A stretch of 64,000 bases of DNA, from positions 142,889-206,888 of the forward strand of contig JAFQOO010000007.1 in NCBI GenBank assembly GCA_017403145.1, given 5' to 3'. Origin of the DNA: Clostridia bacterium (GTDB lineage: Bacteria; Bacillota; Clostridia; Christensenellales; DTU072). Position numbers and translations under genes: made by a program. Position 1 is the first letter of the stretch; each line of letters begins with the position of its first letter. The notes below the pieces were generated by a model, which was not told the origin of the DNA, searched no databases, and saw only the letters and a list, made by a program, of their open reading frames with translations. This document shows, piece by piece, positions 17,180 through 25,328 of the stretch.

Positions 17180-17188
17180 ATTATATCA
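17180..17188 (-). promoter_or_regulatory. Extended -10 (TGaTATAAT) placed 6 nt upstream of the RF-like ATG; candidate leaderless promoter of the operon.
   Basis: The minus strand reads TTTTTGATATAATAACAATATG. There is no purine-rich RBS between the -10 and the ATG at 17173. The -35 is weak (TTTATT at a 17-nt spacing). Confidence 0.45.
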
Positions 17189-17244
17189 AAAATAGATAAT
17201 TAAATAAAGTATTTTATATATTTAATTACGCGCGCAATTATATC

Positions 17245-17273
17245 TTGATAATTTCTTTCTTAGGTGTTATAAT
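17245..17273 (+). promoter_or_regulatory. Sigma-70/SigA-type promoter of aroC.
   Basis: TTGATA, 17 nt, TATAAT, with TGt immediately upstream of the -10. The track ORF start at 17245 is the -35 itself. Confidence 0.65.
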
Positions 17274-17301
17274 TAAACCAACTCGAAATTTGGAGGCTAC
17301 T

Positions 17302-18417
17302 ATGAGTTCAGTATGGGGTTCTAACCTAAAACTCTCTCTCTTTGGCGAAGCGCACGGACAAATGGTCGGTGGCACTTTGCATAATTTCCCGGCAGGCGTT
17401 ACAGTCAATTTGGATAGAATAAAGCTTGGTCTAAAATTGCGTCAAGGTTCCAATAACTTTACCGCAGCGCGTAAAGACGAAGATAGACCTACTATTATAT
17501 CGGGCGTTACCAACGGTGTAACCAATGGCGCTCCCATTACCGTGGTTTTCTATAACAAGGACGTTGACGTTGTCGATTATAAGAAAGAGATTCCTCGTCC
17601 CAGCCACGCCGATTACGTATCTAACGTGCGTTATAATAATCACGCCGATACCTTTGGCGGTGGACACGGTTCGGGTAGAAGTACTCTCCCCATAGTTTTC
17701 TTTGGTATGCTTTGCGCGGACTATCTAGAAAAGATGAACGTCAAGGTTGTATCCCATATTAAATGCATAGGCGAAATCTATGACGAAAAATTTGGCAACG
17801 AATTTCCCCAAGAACTAATCGATAGATTGAACTCTGCGCCTCTAGCTACCATTAGTACCGAAGCTAGAAAGCAAATGGTTTCCTTGCTTATGACCATAGG
17901 CGCAACGGGAAATAGTGTGGGCGGAGCAGTAGAAACCGCGGTTGTAGGATTGCCCGCAGGCTATGGTTCTCCAATGTTCGACGGACTAGAATGTAAGATA
18001 GGTTCCTTCCTATTCTCTATTCCCGCAGTAAAGAGCGTAAGCTTTGGCTATGGTGCAAGGTTTGCACACGCACTTGGCTCCGACGTAGCGGATAGCTTTG
18101 TTTTAAAAGATGGCAAGATAGAAACGGATAACAACTTTAATGGTGGTCTAAATGGTGGTATCAGTAACGGTATGCCCATTATAGTTAGTTGCTCTTTTAA
18201 GCCCACTCCCAGCATAAAGCAACCCTTCAAAACGCTAAACTTTGAAACCAACAAGGTTGTAAACCTAGAAGTAAAAGGCGAACACGTAACCTGCCTTGCA
18301 CCCCGCGGTGCAATAATAGTAAGTAGTGCGGTGGCTATATGCGTGCTAGATAGCGTGCTAGAAGGGAAAGGCTATTTTGAGCTAAATTCAGTAGCTGAGG
18401 ATACGGAAAACGAGTAA
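17302..18417 (+). CDS. aroC: Chorismate synthase.
   Basis: SVWGSNLKLSLFGEAHGQ.VGG..., RPSHADY and GG.SGR are present. GGAGG lies 5 nt upstream of the ATG at 17302, so the track N-extension from 17245 is rejected. Stop is TAA. Confidence 0.92.
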   Translation: MSSVWGSNLKLSLFGEAHGQMVGGTLHNFPAGVTVNLDRIKLGLKLRQGSNNFTAARKDEDRPTIISGVTNGVTNGAPITVVFYNKDVDVVDYKKEIPRPSHADYVSNVRYNNHADTFGGGHGSGRSTLPIVFFGMLCADYLEKMNVKVVSHIKCIGEIYDEKFGNEFPQELIDRLNSAPLATISTEARKQMVSLLMTIGATGNSVGGAVETAVVGLPAGYGSPMFDGLECKIGSFLFSIPAVKSVSFGYGARFAHALGSDVADSFVLKDGKIETDNNFNGGLNGGISNGMPIIVSCSFKPTPSIKQPFKTLNFETNKVVNLEVKGEHVTCLAPRGAIIVSSAVAICVLDSVLEGKGYFELNSVAEDTENE

Positions 18418-18418
18418 T

Positions 18419-19126
18419 ATGAAGACGGTTTTAGTTACGGGAGGTTCGTCGGGTATAGGCGAACAATTGGTAAGAGAATTGGTTGAGATAGGCTACCGCG
18501 TATACTTTACCTATTATACGGGAAAGGAGCGCGCGGAGAAAATTGCTCGTGAAACGGGAGCAATTCCAAAGTATCTAAATTTGCTTGATAGGGACTCTAT
18601 AGACGCCTTAGCAAACGAAGTAAAGAACGTTGATATTTTGGTTAACAATGCAGGTAGGGCGGAAATAAATCTATTTACTCTAGTGAGTGAAAACGACTAT
18701 GACGATATGATGGGTGTAAACCTAAAAGGCGCATTCTTGCTAACCCAAAAAATCGTACCCAATATGATTTCCAAAAAGTGGGGACGTATAGTAAACGTAT
18801 CCTCTATGTGGGGTATTACCGGTGGCTCGTGTGAAGTACATTATTCTGCTTCCAAAGCGGGTATGATAGGCTTTACCAAAGCCCTTGCAAAGGAGCTTGG
18901 ACTTTCGGGCATAACTGTTAACTGCGTTGCACCGGGACTAATAGAAACTCCTATGAGCGATATTCTAGACGACGAAACCAAGCACTCATTCGTTAGTGAA
19001 GAATTGGTAATCCCCAGAATTGGTAATCCCCACGACGTAACCCACGCTATAAAATATTTTATTAGTGAAGATGCCTCTTACGTAACGGGACAAGTGCTAG
19101 CGGTTGACGGAGGTTACACGGTATAA
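18419..19126 (+). CDS. SDR-family oxidoreductase (FabG-like 3-oxoacyl reductase type).
   Basis: TGGSSGIGEQL is a Rossmann TGxxxGIG motif. NNAG and YSASKAG (YxxxK) are also present. Length is 235 aa. Confidence 0.88.
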   Translation: MKTVLVTGGSSGIGEQLVRELVEIGYRVYFTYYTGKERAEKIARETGAIPKYLNLLDRDSIDALANEVKNVDILVNNAGRAEINLFTLVSENDYDDMMGVNLKGAFLLTQKIVPNMISKKWGRIVNVSSMWGITGGSCEVHYSASKAGMIGFTKALAKELGLSGITVNCVAPGLIETPMSDILDDETKHSFVSEELVIPRIGNPHDVTHAIKYFISEDASYVTGQVLAVDGGYTV

Positions 19127-19584
19127 TGTATCGCCTGTTGTTTGTTTGCCACGGTAATATTTGTCGTTCTCCTATGGCGGAATTTATAATGAAAGACTTG
19201 GTGGAGAAAAACAAGGTAGCCCATTTATTCCATATTGAGTCCTGTGCTTGCCACACGGATGCTCTTGGATGCAGGCCACATCGCGGAACTAGGGAGAAGT
19301 TAAAAGAGGTTGGTATTTCTACCGAAGGTAAGGTTGCTAGGTTGGTTTGCTACGATGACTATGAAAATTTTGATTATATCGTAGCGATGGATAGGTACAA
19401 CGTATACGACCTTGAGTATAAATTCCGTGGCGACCCTATGGGCAAAGTTAAAAGGCTTTTGGAATATGCCTCTATTTCGCGGGACGTTGCGGACCCTTGG
19501 TATACGGGAAATTTTGACGACACCTACGACGATTGTATAATAGGGTGTAAAGCATTGTTTAATCATATTATGAATAATAAATAG
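19126..19584 (+). CDS. Low-molecular-weight protein-tyrosine phosphatase.
   Basis: LFVCHGNICRSPMAEF is a CX5R(S/T) P-loop. DPWY is near the C-terminus. The start overlaps the upstream stop (TAATG). Confidence 0.9.
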   Translation: MYRLLFVCHGNICRSPMAEFIMKDLVEKNKVAHLFHIESCACHTDALGCRPHRGTREKLKEVGISTEGKVARLVCYDDYENFDYIVAMDRYNVYDLEYKFRGDPMGKVKRLLEYASISRDVADPWYTGNFDDTYDDCIIGCKALFNHIMNNK

Positions 19585-19609
19585 AGGAACTGGTTCCTCT
19601 ATTTTTTTA
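19584..19609 (+). terminator. Intrinsic terminator.
   Basis: gaggaac..gttcctc hairpin followed by tattttttt. Confidence 0.7.
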
Positions 19610-19631
19610 TAATTTAAGGTTAAGACCGCTA

Positions 19632-19660
19632 TTGAAATTCGCGCGCATATGTGTTAATAT
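19632..19660 (+). promoter_or_regulatory. Promoter with a CGCGCGC element in the spacer.
   Basis: TTGAAA, then the 17-nt spacer ttCGCGCGCatatgtgt, then TAATAT (TGt extended). Confidence 0.55.
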
Positions 19661-19691
19661 AATCATAATAGATTATTTAAAGGAGAGGGAG

Positions 19692-21458
19692 ATGTCTGTT
19701 TTCTCAAAAGCCAAAGACAAAGTCAAATCGCTTGCTGTAAACGGTTACGGATTTGTTAAGGCACATTGGAGTACTCCGCTTGAGGGGGAGTATCTGAGCA
19801 TCAAGGAGTTTTTATCATACTGCTTTGGTAATATGGGTATTAGTGCTTTTACCTTTTTAGCAGGTGAAACCATTGCTTTTACAGCGGGATATTTTTGTGG
19901 TTCCATAATGGGAATATCCCTTATGGACTTTTCTATTATTTCGATAATTGCTCTTATTGTCAAGTATGCGACCATATATATGGAACCGCTCACAATGACT
20001 GTTTTCGAAAACTTGGGAAAGGTTGATAAACAAACAGCTAAAAAGTGTATAATTGCATATTCGGTTACCATAATCCTAGGTATAGGATGCTATTGTATAC
20101 CTTCTACGACTTGGGGGATGGACGTAAAGATTATAAAAGGACTGCCCCAAATAGTTGGTAATATTCTTATAATCAGCGGTGTTGGTAACTTTGTAAACTG
20201 GTTTATTCGTTCCAAGCTTTGCAGAAAATTTGGTAGGTATAAACCATTTATGATGATGTATGGAATACCGATAGCTATTATAACCAGCTTGATACCATTT
20301 GTTCCACCGACGCTCGAGTACACCACAAAGCTTGTGCTTTTACACGCGCTGTTTACGTTGCGTTCTCGCTTTACTGCACTATATAGTGATAACTCGCTTG
20401 CAATAGTAGCTGTTATTACGCCCAATTCTGTAGAACGTCAAAAGGTATATTCGATAGGTGGAATAGCTATTGGCTTGCTTCGTTCCATTTTTAGAATTAT
20501 CTTCCCAATGATGATAGTGTTCACGGGTGGATATCTCGATATTCGTTCATATCAAATATTCATTCCCGTGCTTTCTGCAATAAGCTGTGCAGCGGGCTTC
20601 TTATTCGTTCAAGTACAAGAGAGAATTGCCGAAAACTACGAAACCAAGCCAAAGGTCAAATTTGGAACAGCGGCAAAGAAACTGCTCAAAAACAAATTCT
20701 TCTGGATAATAAATATTTGTGCTATCTTCGAGGGCTGGAACGGATACGCCGACGGCGTTATGAACTACTTCCTAATTTACAATCTACGTTTAGAGTGGAT
20801 AAGTGGTATCGTAGGAATAGTTGGTATAACATCGGTAATAGGCAACCTTGCTACTCCCACGTTAATTAGAAGGTTTGAAAAACGCACCATTCTATTGTTG
20901 GTTCGTTCGGTATGGATAGTTGTTACAGCTGGATATTTGCTTGCAATAAAGTTTGATAGCGTAGCACTCCTTATACTCTTCGTATTTATAAGAAGTGCCC
21001 TTACAGCGTGCTCAAATGGCATTTCTAGGAGCCTAAACGCCGATATACTCGACTATCACCAATGGAAGACGGGAGAACGTGCCGACAATATGGTTACGAT
21101 ATTCGGTTGGTTTACAACACCTATGACGACGACCATAGGACTAATTATTCCTATGTTCCTAGAAAAGGTCGGCTTCACTTCCGACTGGGACGTAATGTTC
21201 GATAGTGGTATCTTCCAAAACGTAACTACGATATACGTTATCGTATCGGTAGTAGCGCTAACCGGCTCGACTTTACCTTATATATTCTATAACCTAACCC
21301 GAGCTCAACACGAAAAATGCGTTAAGGAAATTCGCGAACGTGTAGAGGCAGAAAGGTTGGCACTTGATGCCGAACAAGGTCAACTTGCTATGGCTGTTGC
21401 AGGAGCTGAGGACAACGTTGAAATAGCAATCGAGGAGGTAAACAGTGATGAAGAGTAG
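19692..21458 (+). CDS. MFS transporter of the glycoside-pentoside-hexuronide (GPH) type with a C-terminal acidic tail.
   Basis: About 12 TM segments. ADILDYHQWKTGERADNM is a typical GPH loop. RBS aaaggagaggga lies before the ATG at 19692, so the track extension from 19632 is rejected. Stop is TAG. Confidence 0.8.
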   Translation: MSVFSKAKDKVKSLAVNGYGFVKAHWSTPLEGEYLSIKEFLSYCFGNMGISAFTFLAGETIAFTAGYFCGSIMGISLMDFSIISIIALIVKYATIYMEPLTMTVFENLGKVDKQTAKKCIIAYSVTIILGIGCYCIPSTTWGMDVKIIKGLPQIVGNILIISGVGNFVNWFIRSKLCRKFGRYKPFMMMYGIPIAIITSLIPFVPPTLEYTTKLVLLHALFTLRSRFTALYSDNSLAIVAVITPNSVERQKVYSIGGIAIGLLRSIFRIIFPMMIVFTGGYLDIRSYQIFIPVLSAISCAAGFLFVQVQERIAENYETKPKVKFGTAAKKLLKNKFFWIINICAIFEGWNGYADGVMNYFLIYNLRLEWISGIVGIVGITSVIGNLATPTLIRRFEKRTILLLVRSVWIVVTAGYLLAIKFDSVALLILFVFIRSALTACSNGISRSLNADILDYHQWKTGERADNMVTIFGWFTTPMTTTIGLIIPMFLEKVGFTSDWDVMFDSGIFQNVTTIYVIVSVVALTGSTLPYIFYNLTRAQHEKCVKEIRERVEAERLALDAEQGQLAMAVAGAEDNVEIAIEEVNSDEE

Positions 21459-22371
21459 AACCAAAAAACTAACTGCGATAATATGTATTTTGGTTTTAGC
21501 GGTAGCATTTTCGGTAATGCTAGCGGGCTGTAACCAAACCTGGGAGAACAATATAGAATATAAAGTGGAAGATAATGGAGAGATAACTATCGTTGGCTAT
21601 ACCGATAGTACGCTAATTCACGAAATCACCATTCCCGATGAAATAGATGGTAAGCCTGTAACCAAAGTAGGCGCACAAGGGGTTGTTAACGCGGAAAACC
21701 TATACACTATCTATATAGGTAAAAACGTTCGCGAGATAGATACTTGGGGCTTTACCAATCTTCAAGGGCTTGGTGCAGACGAGTATGGTAAGAATGGAAA
21801 GGGGTTCGTAGTTGACCCCGAAAATCCCTATTTTACCTCGGTTGACGGAGTACTTTTCAACAAGGATATGACCGAGCTTTTATTCTATCCCATACGAAAG
21901 GGAGCCGATATCGATAACAAAATGAACGTGGAAAGTTATGCAACCTACGTTATCCCCGAAGGCGTCAAGACAATTCGCGGAAAGGCATTCTATCATTGTT
22001 ATTATCTCCGTGAAGTAACCTTGCCCTCTACTTTGGAAACGATAGGGGAAATGGCATTCTTCAAATGTAGCGAAATGGCTTCTCCCGTTCTTCCCGAAGG
22101 ACTAAAATCAATTGGCAAAGATGCCTTTAGTTATTGCACCCGCACCACCGATGGTTCCATTAAAGGATTTACCACCATCAATATTCCTTCAACCGTTCAA
22201 ACAATCGGCGACTATGCCTTCTACAATTGTCGCGCCATAACCACCATCAATATCTATGGTAAAAGTGCTACCGACGTAGAAGCTCTTCAAGAAAACGGAA
22301 CCTTTGGTACCAAATGGTATCCGACCGATAATGGACGTAAAATGAAGACTTATACTATTAACTACCTATAA
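21448..22371 (+). CDS. BspA-type leucine-rich-repeat lipoprotein.
   Basis: MKSRTKKLTAIICILVLAVAFSVMLAGCNQ has the lipobox LAGC. LRR_5-like repeats are IPEGVKTIRGKAFYHCYYLREVTLPSTLETIGEMAFFKCS and LPEGLKSIGKDAFSYC. It overlaps the transporter stop. The GTG at 21445 is an alternative start. Confidence 0.82.
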   Translation: MKSRTKKLTAIICILVLAVAFSVMLAGCNQTWENNIEYKVEDNGEITIVGYTDSTLIHEITIPDEIDGKPVTKVGAQGVVNAENLYTIYIGKNVREIDTWGFTNLQGLGADEYGKNGKGFVVDPENPYFTSVDGVLFNKDMTELLFYPIRKGADIDNKMNVESYATYVIPEGVKTIRGKAFYHCYYLREVTLPSTLETIGEMAFFKCSEMASPVLPEGLKSIGKDAFSYCTRTTDGSIKGFTTINIPSTVQTIGDYAFYNCRAITTINIYGKSATDVEALQENGTFGTKWYPTDNGRKMKTYTINYL

Positions 22372-22386
22372 AATTTTACCGACCTT

Positions 22387-22537
22387 ATATTTTGGCGACC
22401 TATTTAGGAAAGCGCAATTTCTTCTCGGTCATTTACGCGAAGTAAACTCCCGTCGAAGAAAATACCCATTCCGTCATATCTCATCCAAACTATAAGGTCG
22501 GGCATCGAATAAGCATAGTAATATTTTGGCGACCTAT
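22387..22537. repeat. 17-nt perfect direct repeats (atattttggcgacctat) spaced 134 nt apart and enclosing a hairpin. Related to the 153-nt repeat family at 36051-36640.
   Basis: Copies lie at 22387-22403 and 22521-22537. The hairpin arms are TTTCTTC (22418-24) and GAAGAAA (22455-61). The core ctcggtcaTTTACgcgaaGTAAActcccgtcg is homologous to ctcggtcgTTTACctttaGTAAAgtcccgtcg at about 36085-36116. Confidence 0.8.
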
Positions 22538-22567
22538 ATACGAAAACCCGCTATTTCAAAAATAAAA

Positions 22568-22592
22568 ACGCACCTTATTTGGTGCGTTTTTT
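22568..22592. terminator. Bidirectional intrinsic terminator.
   Basis: acgcacc, loop ttattt, ggtgcgt, with an A-run upstream and a T6 run downstream. Confidence 0.75.
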
Positions 22593-22803
22593 AATACCAA
22601 TCGACAATTCCAATTAAATAATCAGCTGATACGTTAAAATATTCTGCGATTTTCTTTAAATCGTCAATGCAAGGCTCTTGAACGTCGTTTTCCCATTTCG
22701 AAAGACTTGCTTGAGAGGTCGAGATAATTTTAGCAAATTGCTGTTGGCTTATTCCCTTGCTAATTCTTAAGTCTTTTAATCTTTCACCAAAAATCTTACT
22801 CAT
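22591..22803 (-). CDS. XRE-family helix-turn-helix transcriptional regulator (70 aa).
   Basis: LKDLRISKGISQQQFAKIISTSQASLSKWENDVQEPCIDDLKKIAEYFNVSADYLIG is a classic Cro/C1-type HTH. Confidence 0.9.
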   Translation of the reverse strand: MSKIFGERLKDLRISKGISQQQFAKIISTSQASLSKWENDVQEPCIDDLKKIAEYFNVSADYLIGIVDWY

Positions 22804-22837
22804 ATTTACACGATACTACAATTATTCGAAAAAAGAA

Positions 22838-22866
22838 TTGACAATTCGAAAATCGAATATTATAAT
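22838..22866 (+). promoter_or_regulatory. Consensus promoter with a palindromic operator in the spacer. It drives the membrane-protein gene.
   Basis: TTGACA (22838-43), 17 nt, TATAAT (22861-66). The spacer contains the perfect inverted repeat ATTCGA-aaa-TCGAAT (22844-58). The opposite-strand TTGTCA overlaps at 22839-44. AGGAGG is at 22885-90. Confidence 0.75.
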
Positions 22867-22898
22867 TTGATTATATACTTTTTTAGGAGGAATTAAAT

Positions 22899-23798
22899 AT
22901 GGCTAAAATAGGTCAATATGCAAAAGCTGCTAAAAGCGCACTGCCTCATTTACAAGGATGGGGAAAGGCAGGGTTAACCGATAATGGTATTAAACAAATC
23001 AAAAAAGAACTTGATAAACCTGCTAGAACAATGATTTCATACGCTACAAGTATGATGTTGTTATCTAAAATGGGATTGGGTCCCTTATCGTTAATTTTAA
23101 ATGTTGTTGGTTTGGTGGTTGCTGGTATAATGGGGTATCTATCTTTTGGAGTAGAGAATAGCAATGCCGTTAGTTTGGTTATTTTTGTAATCTTTGCAGG
23201 GATATACGTAGTTACAAGCCTTTCGTTGTTTGGTTTAATTAAACTATATGATGGCGCTGAAAAAATGGATGAAAAGTTTGGACTATCCATTATAGGAATG
23301 GAAATGCCTGGTTCAATTACTACAATAATTTTATTAGCTAGAATTTCAACTGCCCCATTCTATATTTTAAGACTTGTTTACGATTTATTGGTTTCCATAA
23401 TTAAGATTGCTTTTAATAGCGGTGATTCAGCAAATAGAACAATTAATAGAGGCAAGGTAACTTGTACCGTAATGCTTCCTAATGGAGTCAATGGTGATTT
23501 TGATGCACTTATTGATGAAGAAAGTTATTATGCAACTTCTAATTTCTTTAATAGAGCAATGGAATCATTTGAAGATGCAACTAGAGAAAGCACTACAAAT
23601 GTTTTAAGGGATAAGAAAATCGAATTAGAAAACAGCAAAAAGACTATTGAGGATGCATATATGGACGATAGTGTATCGAAAGAGGAGTATAGTGCAATGG
23701 TAATCAAACATAATGATTTGGTTAATGAATATAATCAAAGCATTGACAATCTTGGCAGAAAAGATAAAATGGAACATATTACAAAGACAATGAAATAA
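22899..23798 (+). CDS. Hypothetical multi-pass membrane protein (299 aa) with a C-terminal soluble helical domain.
   Basis: There are at least 4 hydrophobic segments (e.g. LSLILNVVGLVVAGIMGYLSFGV, AVSLVIFVIFAGIYVVTSLSLFGLI, SITTIILLARISTAPFYILRLVYDLLVSIIKIAF), then a K/E/D-rich tail. I recognise no family. The region is visibly AT-rich. Confidence 0.65.
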   Translation: MAKIGQYAKAAKSALPHLQGWGKAGLTDNGIKQIKKELDKPARTMISYATSMMLLSKMGLGPLSLILNVVGLVVAGIMGYLSFGVENSNAVSLVIFVIFAGIYVVTSLSLFGLIKLYDGAEKMDEKFGLSIIGMEMPGSITTIILLARISTAPFYILRLVYDLLVSIIKIAFNSGDSANRTINRGKVTCTVMLPNGVNGDFDALIDEESYYATSNFFNRAMESFEDATRESTTNVLRDKKIELENSKKTIEDAYMDDSVSKEEYSAMVIKHNDLVNEYNQSIDNLGRKDKMEHITKTMK

Positions 23799-23826
23799 TT
23801 GTCAAAAATAATTAGATACATAAAAA

Positions 23827-23849
23827 ACACCCCATCTAGGGGTGTTTTT
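23827..23849. terminator. Bidirectional intrinsic terminator.
   Basis: acacccc, loop atcta, ggggtgt, flanked by A6 and T5 runs. Confidence 0.8.
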
Positions 23850-23867
23850 GTATTGTATAAGCAGTTT

Positions 23868-25229
23868 CTATTTACGTGAAATTAGGTCGGCAACGTATAA
23901 TCCGTTAGCACCGGCTTGGGCTAGGCCACGAGTTATGCCTGCGCCATCACCAATAGTATAGATGTTGTCGCGTATTCTAAAGTCGTTGTTTTGGAACTTG
24001 GGCTTTATGGAATAGAACTTTGCTTCTACACCATAAAGGAGTGTGTCGTAGTTGGCTGTGCCGGGAGCAATTTTATCAAGCGCATAGATAGTTTCTATAA
24101 TGTTATCTAGTTGGCGCTTGGGAATACATAGTGATAGGTCGCCTGCGACCGCGTTAAGAGAGGGACGTACACGAGATTGTTTTAAGCGGTGGTCGTTGGT
24201 ACGACGGTTGTTTACCAAATCTCCAAAACGTTGAACGATAACGCCACCACCGGCTATCATATTTGCTAGCTTACAGATATGCTTTGCATATGCGATAGGC
24301 TCGTTAAAGGGTTGGGTAAAACGAGTGGTGGAAAGTATAGAGAAGTTGGAGTTCTTGGTTTTGAGCGCGGGGTCAGCGTTAGCGTGTCCGTTAACGGTTA
24401 GAATACCCTCGTTATTTTCTATAACTACTTCGCCACCGGAGTTAAAACAGAAGGTACGTGTGCAGTCTCCGTGGTCTTTGGTGCGGTAGAAGATTTTAGG
24501 CTCGTAAATCTTTTCGGAAATGCCTTCCCAAATAATTCTTGGGAGCTCTACTCTAACGCCCAAGTCAACTTGGTTGTTTATAACCTCGATACCATTGTTT
24601 CGGCACCATTTTCCAAACCATTCGGAACCGCTTCTGCCAATAGCGATAATCAAATCGCTATATCCTATAACGTCGCCTTTGTCGGTGGTAACATAGTTTT
24701 CGGCAATGTTTACGTCTACCACAGCGGTTTCGGTTATAACGGTAACGTGCTTTTCTAGGTAATCCATTAGGGCACTCATAACTCTATAGTTACCATCGGT
24801 ACCGAGGTGCTTGACGGTAGCTTGGAGCAAATAGAGGTCGTGCTTTAGGCATTCTAGCTTGATTTCGTCGCTAGGTGAATAGGTCTTTTCGGTTGCGCCG
24901 AATTCGTCTAGAATATCGGATACTTGGTTTATATAATCTATAGTTTGCTTTTCGCCGATGTAGTCTTGTAGCCAACCACCATATTCGGTCGTAATGTTGA
25001 ACTTACCATCACTAAACGCACCGGCTCCGCCGATACCTTCCATAATGGCGCATTGCTTACATTTGATACAGCTATCGGTAACGTGGGTTGCAACGGGGCA
25101 CTTACGTTTTGAAAGAGCTCTACCGCGGTCGATAACACAAACTGATTTTTCGGGACATTCTTTAGTGAGTCTATGTGCGGCCATTAGTCCGCCAATACCT
25201 CCACCAACTATTACAACGTCGTAATTCAT
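23868..25229 (-). CDS. FAD-dependent oxidoreductase (uncharacterised FAD-dependent dehydrogenase family).
   Basis: MNYDVVIVGGGIGGLMAA is a GxGxxG dinucleotide fold. A Cys cluster reads CPV...C.KCKQC. The C-terminus has IGDGAGITRG. Confidence 0.8.
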   Translation of the reverse strand: MNYDVVIVGGGIGGLMAAHRLTKECPEKSVCVIDRGRALSKRKCPVATHVTDSCIKCKQCAIMEGIGGAGAFSDGKFNITTEYGGWLQDYIGEKQTIDYINQVSDILDEFGATEKTYSPSDEIKLECLKHDLYLLQATVKHLGTDGNYRVMSALMDYLEKHVTVITETAVVDVNIAENYVTTDKGDVIGYSDLIIAIGRSGSEWFGKWCRNNGIEVINNQVDLGVRVELPRIIWEGISEKIYEPKIFYRTKDHGDCTRTFCFNSGGEVVIENNEGILTVNGHANADPALKTKNSNFSILSTTRFTQPFNEPIAYAKHICKLANMIAGGGVIVQRFGDLVNNRRTNDHRLKQSRVRPSLNAVAGDLSLCIPKRQLDNIIETIYALDKIAPGTANYDTLLYGVEAKFYSIKPKFQNNDFRIRDNIYTIGDGAGITRGLAQAGANGLYVADLISRK

Positions 25230-25280
25230 ATTGGTCTCCTTATTTTTTTCATTCTAAACTATTATAACACAAAAGGGATA

Positions 25281-25309
25281 TTGTGTAAACAAAGAAAAGG
25301 TGTTATAAT
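25281..25309 (+). promoter_or_regulatory. Promoter of the GH35 gene.
   Basis: TTGTGT, 17 nt, TATAAT (TGt extended -10). Confidence 0.55.
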
Positions 25310-25328
25310 TTTTTTAAAGGAGAAATTT

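Noticed and set aside
17245-17301. ORF-track N-terminal extensions at 17245, 19632, 25281, 36969, 41866, 44861, 63682 and 13142.
   Set aside because: Where the extension runs into intergenic DNA (17245, 19632, 25281, 36969, 63682), it begins in or next to the predicted promoter -35/-10 and precedes a good RBS and ATG that give a canonical N-terminus or signal peptide. The other three (13142, 41866, 44861) lie inside the 3' end of the upstream gene: 41866 precedes an RBS-preceded ATG at 41884, and for 13142 and 44861 the internal ATG (13106, 44882) overlaps or abuts the upstream stop, with no RBS at 44882.
22372-23850. Prophage or integrative element call for the AT-rich islets.
   Set aside because: No integrase, recombinase, transposase or phage structural gene is present, and I found no clear direct-repeat att pair bracketing a whole islet. 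They are therefore reported only as accessory islets.
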